Assembly: GCF_004010195.1 (NCBI RefSeq)
Contig: NW_025213983.1
Location: 1 to 33,384 of the forward strand
Reading direction: 5' to 3'
DNA: 33,384 nt
Source of the DNA: Chiloscyllium plagiosum
Taxonomy: Eukaryota
Both the position numbers and the translations under genes were made by a program. The notes below the pieces were generated by a model that searched no databases, was not told the origin of the DNA, and was given only the letters and a program-made list of their open reading frames with translations. Positions 23,700-33,384 of the stretch are shown here, piece by piece; the first letter of the stretch is position 1; the number at the start of each line of letters is the position of its first letter.

Positions 23700-23940
23700 T
23701 AAGAACTGTAACATGCACTATTTTGGACAAATAGGCAGAGAGCTAGCCATCAGGATACATGAACATCAAATAGCCACAAAAAGACATGACCCACTCTCAC
23801 TAGTATCCTTGCAAACAGATGAGGAAGGACACCTCTTCGACGGGGACAAAACATCCATCCTAAGACAAACCAAACAGAAACACGAACGAGAATTCCGAGA
23901 AGCATGGCATTCCAAACAGAACTCTTTCAACAAATGCATT
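23700..23940 (+). mobile_element. Penelope-like GIY-YIG endonuclease fragment
   Basis: CNMHYFGQIGRELAIRIHEHQIATKRHD...REFREAWHS matches YIGQTGR.L..RI.EH...RE..EA. Confidence 0.88.
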
Positions 23941-23999
23941 ATTTGGAGACGCCGGTGTTGGACTCGGATCTACAAGTTTAAAAAAAAGTTATCTCATGC

Positions 24000-24440
24000 A
24001 TCTTTTTTGTCCTCCTTAAACCCTTCTAAGTGTACTCCGACAGCCTCAAAGCTCCTCAAGGGATTGCCTTGATCTCCGCTGCATATACCTAACATACTCT
24101 TCTTTTTTCTTGACCAGAGCTTCAATATCCCCTGTCATGTACTGTTCTCTGTCAAAGCTTGCATTGCCCTACACCGTAATAAGAACATGCTGGCTGTTCT
24201 TGTTATCTCACTGCTGAAAGATTCCTTCTTACCAGACGTCCTGTAAAAAGCATCACCCAACCATCCTTTAAAAATTCCTGCCGAATACCATCAATTTTAG
24301 CCTTGGTCCATTTATCATTTTAACTTGAGGACAACACCTAGCCTTATCCACAACTACTTTCAAATGAATAGAATTACAGTCTGTTGCCCAATATTGCTCC
24401 CACTCGAACAGCTCAATCAGTTGCTCTGCCTTATTTCGCA
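24000..24440 (-). mobile_element. CR1 fragment (endonuclease/linker region)
   Basis: Antisense of PWMT/LVKKK-like (ttttcttgaccagagcttcaatatcccctgtcat) and WEQY-like (attgctcccactc) segments, comparable to 3590-3760. Confidence 0.6.
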
Positions 24441-24522
24441 AGAGGAACTAAAACTGAGGTTTAGATCAGATCAGCCACGTTCTTCGTGAATGGCAACACA
24501 GGCATGAGGGCCCAAATGTCAG

Positions 24523-24584
24523 NNNNNNNNNNNNNNNNNNNNNNNNNNNNNNNNNNNNNNNNNNNNNNNNNNNNNNNNNNNNNN
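24523..24584. other. Assembly gap (62 N)
   Basis: Run of N in the sequence. Confidence 1.
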
Positions 24585-24799
24585 GCGACTGTCTCACATT
24601 TGAATTGAATTGGCTTCATTGACACATGCACTGTCATGAGAGCAGTGAAAAATCATGCAATGTCATTGCCTATATATATCTTAGGTATAAAACCCTGAAG
24701 TAAATTAAATAGTTGGTACGAAATTGACAGATTAATAAATGAAGGTCCAGCATAAGAATGAAAATGAAAAAAAGAAACAATTGTATTTGCAGACATTTT

Positions 24800-27700
24800 A
24801 TCCCAAACGGTGCCAGAACCAAGTGTCCAGACTGAACCAGACAGAGTCTTCAGACTGCACTGGGCAGAGTCTCGGGGCTGAACCAGGCCCAGTCTCTTTA
24901 CTGCACGAACCATGATTTACAAACAGCACTGGACCCAACCCCCATGTTGCACTAGTCCCAGTCTCCAGGCTGCACCAGGCCCAGTCTGCGGACCATACCA
25001 AGCCGAGTATCCAGACCTCACCATGTCCCGTTTCCAGGCTGCACTGGGCGCAGTCTCCAGGCTACATTGGGCACAGTATACAGGCTAAAAAGGACTCAGT
25101 CTCCAGACCAACCAGGACCCAGTCTCTAGACCGCAACAGGCAAAGTCTCCAGTCCGCATCAGTCCTAGTCTCGAGAACACACTTGGACCAGTCTCCTGAC
25201 TACACATGTCCAGGCTCGAGACCGCACTGGTTCCAATGTCCAGGCAGGACCATGCCCAGTCTATTGATAGTATGAGTCTTGATATACACACGGCACCCGG
25301 ACCAGTTTCCAGTCTGCATTGATCCCAGTCTACAGGCTGCACCAGGCCTAGTCTCCAGAATGCACCGGGGTCAGGTTCAAGACTGCAACGGGCACAGTCT
25401 CCAGACCATACCGAGCCCAATCTCCAGGATACACTGGGCTCAGTATCCAGGCTACAAAGGCCCAGTCTCCAACTGCACCGGGCCCAGTCTCCAGGCCGCA
25501 TGAGGCCCAGTCTTTAGAATGCACATGAACCAATCTCTAAACTGCATCAGGCCAAATGTCCAGACTGCACCAGGCTCAGTTTCATGACCGCAAAGGTCCT
25601 GACTCTAAACAGTACCGTGTCCAGTCTCCAGGCTGGACCAGCCCAGTCTCTGGACCGCACAAGGACCGGTTTCTAGACTGTACCGGGCCCAGACTCCAGA
25701 CTGCAACAGGCACTGTCTGTCTACCACATGAATCCCAGTCTCCAGACTTCACTGGACCCAGTCTCCAGACTGCATCAGACCTAGTCTCCTGACCGCACCA
25801 TGTCCCGTGGTGTCTAGACCCAGGCCCAGTGTCTAGACCGCACCAGGCACAGTCCCCAGTCCGCATCAGAGCCAGTCTCTGGAGCTCACTGAGACCAACC
25901 TCCAGTCCGTACCAGACCAGGACTCCTGACCGCACCAGGTCCAGTCTCCAGACCACACATGGGCCTGGTTCTAGACAGCTCTGGTCCAATATCCAGGCTG
26001 GAGCAGGCCCAGTCTCTTGTCTGCATGTGGCCCAGTCTCTAGACTGTATTGGCTCCAGATTCCAGATTGCAGCAAGCCCAGTTTCCTGTTGGAACCTGGC
26101 CAGATCTCCAAGCTACGCCAGGCCCAGCTTCTAGAAGGAACAAGGCCGGGTCTCCTGACCGCACCGCGCCCAGTATCCAGACTTCCATGGGCACAGTCTA
26201 CACACCACACCAGATGACTCTCCACACTGCACCAGGACCAGTCTCGATTACACCGCGCCCAGTCTCCAGAACACACTGGGCCCAGTCTCCAGGCTGCATT
26301 GTCCCAATCTCCAGGCTGCACCAGGAACAGTCTGCAAACCGCACCAGCTCATTCTCCAGACTGCACCAGGCTGGGTTTCCAGGTTACACGGGGCCCAGTC
26401 TCCAGACCACTCCAGGCCCAGTCTCTTGACTGCAAGAGGCCCGGTCTTAAGACTGTACCGCTCCCAGTCTCCAGACTTCACGGGACATAATCGACACACC
26501 ACACCAGATGAGTCTCCAGACTGCACCAGGATCATTCTCCAGACTGCATGGTCCCAGTCTCCAGGCTGTACCAGGCCCAATCTGCGGATCATACAGGCCT
26601 AGTATCCAGACCTCACCATGTCCCGTTTCCAGGCTTCACTGGGCGCAGTCTCCGAGCTACATTGGGCCCAGTATCCAGGCTACAAAGGATTGAGTCTCCA
26701 GACCAAACAGGACCCAGTCTCTAGACCGCAACAAGCAAAGTCTCCAGTCCACATCAGTCTCGAGAACACACTTGGACCAGTCTCCTGACTACACATGTCC
26801 AGGCTCGAGACCGCACTGGTTCCAATCTCCAGACTGAACCTGGCCCAGTCTCTTGATAGTACGAGCCTTGAGAAACACACGGCACCCGGCCCAGTCTCCA
26901 GTCTGCACCGATCCCAGTCCCCAGTTTGCTCTAGGCCTAGTTTCCAGAACGCACCAGGGCCAGTTTCAAGAATGCAACGGGCACAGTCTCCAGACCATAC
27001 CGAGCCCAATCTCCAGGATACACGGGGCTCAGTATCGAGGCTACAAAGGCCCAGTCTCCAACTGCACTGGGCCCAGTCTGCAGACCGCATGAGGCCCAAT
27101 CTTTAGAATGCACATGGACCCAACTCTCAACTGCATCAGGCCAAGTGTCCTGACTGCACCAGGCTCAGTTTCCTGACCGCAAGAGTCCTGACTCGAGACA
27201 GTACTGGGTCCAGTCTCCAGGCTGGACCAGGTCCAGTCTCTTCACCACACAAGGACCGGTTTCTAGACAGTACCGGCCCAGACTCCAGACTGCACCAGGC
27301 ACTGTCTGTCTACAACATGAATCCCAGTCTCCAGACTTCACTGGACCCAGTCTCCAGACTGCATCAGTCCTAGTCTCCTGACCGCACCAGGCCCAGTCTC
27401 TCGGCCGCCCTAGGCACAGTCCCCAGACCGCATCAGACCCAGTCTCTGTAGCTCACTTGGACCAACCTCCAGACCGTATCAAGCCAAGAGTCCTGACCGC
27501 ACCAGGTCCAGTCTCCAGACCACACATGGGCCTGGTTCGAGACAGCACTGCGCCCAATATCCAGGCTGGAGCAGGCCCAGTCTCTTGACTGCACGTGGCC
27601 CAGACTTTGGACTGTATTGGCTCCAGATTCCAGATTGCGGCAAGCCCAGTTTCCAGGCGGAACCGGGCCAGCTCTCCAGGCTACACCAGGCCCAGCCTCG

Positions 27701-29730
27701 AGATGGCACGAGGCCGAGTCTCCAGACCGCACAGACTTCACTGGGCACAGTCTACACACCACATCAGATGACTCTCCAACTGCACCAGGAACAGTCTCTA
27801 CTACACCGGGCCCAGTCTCCAGACCACACTGTGCCGAGTCTGCAGACTGCATTGTCCCAGTCTCCAGGCTGCACCAGGAACAGTCTGCAAACCGTACCAG
27901 CCGATTCTCCAGACTGCACCAGGCTGGGCTTCCAGGTTACACGTGGCCCAGTCTCCAGACCACTCCAGGCCCAGTCTATTGACTGGACGAGGCCTAGCCT
28001 CTAGACGGCACCAGGCCCATACTCCAGATGGCACCTGTCCCATTTTCCAGGCTGCACGAGAAACAGTCTGCACCAGGACCAGTCTCAAGACCGCACCAGT
28101 CCTGGTTTCCAGGCTACACCAGGTGCAGTTTTGACACCACACCGGGCCCAGTCTCCAGACTGCACTGCTCCTAAGTTCCAGACTTCACTGGGCACAGTCT
28201 GCAGATCTCACCAGATTGAATCTCTAGACCGCACCAGGCACAGTCTCCGGACAATACCAGGCCCAGTCTCCAGACCACACCGGCCCAGTCTCCAGACTGC
28301 TTTGTCTCAGTCTCCAGGTTGCACCAGGATCAGTCTGCAGACAGAAACCCACCCAGTCTCCAGACTGCACCAGGCGGCTTTCCAGGTTACACGGAGCCCA
28401 GGCTGTTACAGGCCCAGTCTCTAGAATGTACCAGGACTAGAGTCCAGAATGCACCAGGTCCAGTCTCCAGGCTGAACTGGGCCAAGTTTCCAGGCTGCAT
28501 CTGGCCCAGTCTGGAGATGGCACGAGGCCCAGTCATCAGACCGCAACGTTTCCAGTCTCCAGACTTCACTCAGCACAGTCTCCAGACCGCACCACTACTA
28601 GTCTTTAGACTGCACTGGGACCAGTCAAACTACTGCACCAGGCCTACTCTCTAGACCGTAATAGTAACAGTCTCCAGACTGCAGCGGGACCTGTCTCCAG
28701 ACGGCACTGGGACCAGTGTCCAGATGACACCGAGCCCGGTCCCAAGGCCACTTTCAGGCCAACCTCCAACTGCACCAAGCCCAGTCCCCAGACCACAACA
28801 ACCCAGTGTCCAGATGCACAGAGACCAGTCTTTAAACCGCACTGGCAAATGTGGCTATGCTGCATCGAGCCCATTCTCCAGACAGCACCAGGTCCAGTCT
28901 CCAGACCACACTTGGCCCAACCTATAGACCCCACCAGGCACAGTCTCCAGACCACACCGCGCCCAATCTCCACACTGCAAAAGGCTAAGTATGCAGACTG
29001 CATTGGGCCAGTTTCCAGACCACACCAGGTCGGGAGGCCACGCTGGACTGCCCCCAAGTCTCCACATTGCATCAGGCCCAGTCACTTGACAACACAAGGC
29101 CCAGTCTCCGAACTGCACCAGGACCACTTCGCAGGCTGTACCCAACTCAGTGTCTAGACCTTACCAGACCAAGTCTCCTGACTGTACCGGGACCAGTCTC
29201 CAGGCGCACGTTACCAAGTCTCCAGGCTCTATCAGACCGTTCCCAAGACAGCACGAGACCTAGACCTCTGACCACACTGCTACCAGTCTCCAGAATTCAC
29301 TCAGCACAGTATCCAGACACAAATGTCCCAGTCTCCAGATCGCACCACTCTTGGCCTATAGATCCCATCGGTCTATAGCCCACACTGGGTCCAGTCTCCA
29401 CCCTGCACCAATCGCAGTCTCTGGATCGCTCCAGGTCCAGATACCAGACTGAAAAAGGCCCAGTATACAGACTGCATTGTGGCAATTTCCAGACCGCACC
29501 AGGCCCAGTCTCCAGACCATACCAGGTCCAGTTTCCAAGCTAGACTGGCCCAAGACCCAGTCTTTTGACAGCACATGTCTCAGTCTCTGGACAGAACCAG
29601 GGCCAGTGTCCAGACAGTACCGGGTTCAGTCTCCAGACCACACCAGGCCACTGTTTGGATCACAAAAGGTCCAGTATCCAGCCTACCCCAGGCCCAGTCT
29701 TCAGACTGCACCAGGACCGGTCTCCAGAAC
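24800..29730. repeat. Satellite array of ~23-bp monomers (consensus about CCCAGTCTCCAGACTGCACCAGG), roughly 200 divergent units with higher-order structure
   Basis: cagtctccag-like cores recur every 22-23 bp (e.g. 27811, 27834, 27856, 27879). Diagnostic variant strings recur at about 1.6 kb. Confidence 0.95.
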
Positions 29731-30079
29731 AAATCGAGATAAAGTTGCAGACATGTCTGAACTCTAAAACTCGCAGCCATACCTCTCTACTCCATCATCC
29801 AATGTGGGACTCTCTCCAGAACACTCCTTCCTATACCAGACTCCAGTCTGTCACTCTGCGCCTGGGGCCCCCTCTCTGCACCAGCCTCAGGTCTGGGACC
29901 CCTGCCAAACCAGCCTCCAACTGGTACTCCACTCTGCGAATCCCCTACCCGTGCCAGCCTCAACTTTGAGTCTTCCCTTTGAACTCTCCTCTCCACGCCA
30001 GCCTCCTTTCTGTGACTCCCTTCCCTGAGCCAGCCTCCATTCTGAGAATTCCCTCCATAACTCTCTTCCTCGCCTTGGC

Positions 30080-30510
30080 AACCTCTCATCTCAACGAGCC
30101 ACAAAACGACATGACCCTCTCTCATTATTATCCTTGCATACTTCGACTGGGGCAACACATCTATTCTAGAGCAAGCCAAACAGAGACAAACATGAGAATT
30201 CCGAGAAGCATGGCATTCCAACTGAAACTCTACCAACAAGCAAATTGACTTTAACACCATTTACCACCCACTGAGAATAAGAACAGGAAATGTCATCACC
30301 ATTGGAAATGATTTCACCACATGAAATGACTTCACCAACATAAGAAAACCTAAATATATAAATAGAAAGCAGGAAACACCATCGTTCTTCCTCGGGAGGC
30401 TCACTGAAGACGTTACCTAGTACGGTGATGGAACATCTGAAAAGGAACTTGCCAGCTCAGCGAGCAAACCCACATCCAGAATCTCAACCTGAGCTACAAA
30501 TCTTCTCACA
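30080..30510 (+). mobile_element. Penelope-like 3' end: GIY-YIG C-terminus, three 18-bp repeats and a terminal repeat with degenerate hammerhead
   Basis: gccacaaaacgacatgaccctctctc and gagaattccgagaagcatggcattccaa are shared with 23770-23915. gaaatgacttcacc-like units lie at 30286-30338. tca-CTGAAGA-c-gttacc-tagtac-ggtgat-GGAACATC-tga lies at 30401-30440. Confidence 0.85.
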
Positions 30511-30514
30511 TCTT

Positions 30515-30790
30515 GCTTATAGTAATCTAGGTCCATTTGCCTGCACTGGCCCATATCCCTCGAACTCCTTCCTATTTATATCCCCATCCAGATGCCTTGA
30601 AATGCTATAATTGTGCCAGTTTTCACCACTTCTTCTGGCAGATCCTTCTATACACTCACCACTCTCTGTGTGAAGAAGTTGCCCCTTAGACCCTTTTAAA
30701 TCTTTCCTTTTTCACTTCAAAACTGTGCCCTCTTGTTCTTGACGCTCCACCTCATGAAAAGGACTCGTCTGTTTATCGTATCCGTGCTGA
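30515..30790 (-). mobile_element. CR1 3'-end fragment
   Basis: Antisense of FFTQRVV...EGYGP: ggcccatatccctcg...accactctctgtgtgaagaagttgcccctt. Confidence 0.8.
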
Positions 30791-30924
30791 ACCGCTATAC
30801 CATCTGGGTTTATGGTGTCTCTGCTGTTTGTGTGAGATGAATTGAGAATGTGATATAACTAACCATTTCAGCTGATTTGGCAATGACTTTATGTTACATT
30901 CTCATTCTTGTGATTGGATCCCAA

Positions 30925-31285
30925 ATTTCTCACTATATACTAGTTGCAGTCCGCCCATGCACAGTAAATCATGTTGGTGAATACCCACTGTCTGGGCAGC
31001 AGCCATAACCTCTTCATTCAGAAGCATTTAGCCATTTCTATCAACTTTGAATCTCCACATAGAAAGAAATGCAGCATCTTGGAAAAGGCCACCTCCTTGA
31101 CACAACGTTGCAAATACCTCACTCAACCAACACTTACCCGTCCATACCACAAACCAATCAAAATATCAAAATATCCCGTGTGTACTGAGAGCAATTAAAG
31201 TACTGGGAACATCAAGGACCAGACCGGGGAGATGGAGCAGCACGTCCCATGTCTCTATGGTTCAGGGTAAACCCTCCAGTACACA
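30925..31285 (+). mobile_element. Decayed Harbinger transposase relic, copy 2 (C-terminal half)
   Basis: IMLVNTHCLGSSHNLFIQK..FESP and GEMEQHVPCLYGSG*TLQY resemble PGSSHDAFIL and KQRFRCLDRSGG.LQY. The nucleotide sequence aligns with 10657-11005. Confidence 0.8.
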
Positions 31286-31299
31286 GCCTATCATATTTC

Positions 31300-31825
31300 C
31301 TGTAAAGTCTCTCCATTTATATAATCCTAAGGTTTTTTTTTTCTGTTATTCCTGAAACATTGACATGTTCACAGTGGCGCACGTGATATTCCATCTGCGA
31401 AATTGTTGTCCATTGCTTATCCAATTTCAAAATCCCTAGCTCACCTTAATAAATTAGTTACCTGCCTACGTTAGCTTAATCAACAAATTTAGTTATTGCT
31501 TTGTTCCATTAATTAATGCATTGATATAGTTTGCAAATACTTGAGGACCCAGCACTCATCACTGTGTCACTGCAAGTCGTTAACCTTTCTTAAACTGATA
31601 AAGACTAATATATTATTAATTCATCCCTGCTTCTGGCTCAGTAAGCAGTCCTCCCCCTATTCCTGTGCAGCAGCATCGAAAAACTACATATTCCCTTCCA
31701 ATTCCTGTGTTTCAGATATGAGATATTCAAAGATCTTCTCTAATTGCTGAGTAACAGCCTCGAATGGGTGAATAGCCTCATTGTGTTCCTGTTTAAAACA
31801 CCTGATGGGCTGAATTGTTCACGGT
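31300..31825. repeat. Old CR1 antisense fragment (about 31300-31650) followed by ~42-bp minisatellite units (about 31650-31825); paralogous to 11025-11390 plus 12620-12715
   Basis: Shared strings ctctccattt, tttgttccat, cattgatatag, ttgaggacccagc, aagcagtcctcccc.tattcctgtgca, cttctc.aattgctg.gtaa and gatgggctga occur in the same order. Confidence 0.75.
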
Positions 31826-31829
31826 AGGT

Positions 31830-32600
31830 GTAGTTAGGAAGGGTGCTGAATGTTATGGAACCATCTGTGAAGGGCCCACTTCTGGCTTGGTGATGTAGGG
31901 AAGGCCAGTGATGCTGAAACTGCTGATAGCCCATAGTGCCACATGGATGCCCACTTTTAATTTGGTCATTTTTAGAAGTATGTCTCACTTCGCAGGAGGT
32001 GGTGGCACGTAACACAGTAGACAATATCTTCAATATTAGACTGAGACTTTCCCTCTACCAGGACTGTGCTCGGTGCACCTACGGATACTGTTAGGGACAG
32101 TAGTTTGGTGAGAATGGTTCCCGCTTGTTGGTTTCTGCCAACACTTCCCACAGTCTGGTTGCAGTGAATTTGAGGCGTTGTATTTGCTCAGGTATTGTTG
32201 GGGTTGCAAAGACAGTCTTTGTGATGGACTTTGAAGTACCACACCCAGAGTACGTTCCGTGTCTTTGTCACATTCAACGTTTCCTCGCATTTGTTTTCAA
32301 CATCCAGGGGAACTCAGTTATCATTGAATGGTGGTGTGTAGGTCAGCAGATGTCGATCATCAGGAGATTTCCTGGACCATCTCTGACCTATTATCATTAG
32401 ATTACGCATGTTCTTCAATCAGTGGAGGGGCATTCCAGTGTACGACTTCCCTTGATTTTACCTGACAGTGCCCCCACCACTGGTGGGTCTTCCATGACGT
32501 GGGACAGGATATATCCAGGGATGGTGATAAGCCTTCAGGAAACATTACCATCAGGTCAGATTCTGTGAATATGATGATATCAGACTGTTTCCTCATTGGT
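31830..32600 (-). mobile_element. Second-family LINE endonuclease region (same family as 20560-22660), decayed
   Basis: Antisense EHSPGRGKVS..IEDIVYCVT..KSGHPCGTMGYQ parallels 21070-21230. gtggtacttcaaagtccatcac corresponds to the GDFNVHH motif. Confidence 0.7.
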
Positions 32601-32654
32601 AAAAATGAGGAATAAAAGTGACAAAGTAGCCGCGAAAATTGGATTAAAAAGTTA

Positions 32655-33310
32655 ACTATAGGCACTGTACCTGAATGAATATTGTAATCTCAAAATAGAT
32701 CATGGACTTCAATGCATACATTGAGAGAAATGATATGGTTTTTTTATGATATTAGATAGATATGGCGATTGGGTGATCGATAGAGGGGACCTTTTACATT
32801 TGGGTGTGTTATTCAAAATTGTAAGGAGTTGGGGGACATAAGGGGGGAATATGCCTGATAGTAACAATATGACCTGACTTAAATTATCGAGGTATCGGTT
32901 TAAGCTTGTTGATTTTATGTACCAAGTGCCAGTTGAGTTGAGTTTAGAGCGGGATTTGCACCATGAGGCTGAGTTGGTCTCACCAAACAAAAAGGGCAGA
33001 AGAGCCTTTGTGAGTTGGGTCTTTATGACTCTGGCACATTCTATACACAGCATTTTCTGGAACATTCTATAACCGACATTCTCCCGAACATTCTACAGCT
33101 GACATTCCTCGGAACATTGTATCCCTGACAATATTTGCAAACAACTGGACGTCAGTGAATTGAACAAAAGACAAGTTCCCGAGGGAAGAGAATTCATTCC
33201 AGGAAAAAGGAGACAGTATTTCGAAATCGCCTCTGGCAGTTAATGGGGCGAATATATTTTCCGCGCTTTTCTGATTCTTCAAGACACAGGGTCAACCACA
33301 ACTGAGACTA
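32655..33310 (+). mobile_element. Old CR1 ORF2 5' (endonuclease) region, highly decayed
   Basis: Order fits CR1 APE: gcactgtacctgaatg (ALYLN), aaggggggaat (KGG), aacaaaaagggc (NKKG) and gaggaagagaattc-like (EEEF). Confidence 0.55.
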
Positions 33311-33384
33311 AAAGACAAATATTTCCAGCCTCCGTTTGTCTTCAAGGAACTAGGAATGAATGTTCAGGACGGCAATGTTCTCAC

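Noticed and set aside
24600..24700. ttgaattgaattgg... as the antisense tail of another LINE
   Set aside because: Plausible but too short and decayed, and next to the gap, so I could not assign it.
24800..29730. CRISPR-like array (short palindromic repeats)
   Set aside because: Monomers abut without unique spacers, there are no cas genes, and the context is vertebrate.
24798..29780. Dozens of overlapping ORFs rich in PGPVSR / WRLG / LETG
   Set aside because: They are translations of the 23-bp satellite in all six frames, with frequent stops and frame changes. No coding signature.

Overview
Repeat-saturated, non-genic vertebrate DNA, almost certainly from a cartilaginous fish. HE1-type SINEs, HER1/CR1 LINEs and shark-type Penelope ends suggest this; a carpet/bamboo shark is a guess. 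I find no host protein-coding exon, tRNA/rRNA gene or CRISPR array, and the ORF track is explained by decayed transposons and satellite frames. Contents: (1) many CR1-clade LINE fragments; (2) a four-level nest CR1 > L1 > CR1 > HE1 SINE at about 1453-8747; (3) two decayed Harbinger (HARBI1-like) transposase relics in an old duplicated module about 20.3 kb apart; (4) a ~42-bp minisatellite derived from the CR1 3' end; (5) a near-perfect 729-bp tandem duplication; (6) Penelope-like elements, one of them inverted, with five minimal hammerhead-ribozyme motifs (one with an intact core at 15410-15437); (7) a 62-N gap; (8) a ~4.9-kb satellite of ~23-bp dyad-symmetric monomers with ~1.6-kb higher-order structure. 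I cannot support a new biological system here. The hammerheads and the palindromic satellite are the best leads. Boundaries were read by eye and are approximate unless stated. Family names come from motif recognition, not database searches.
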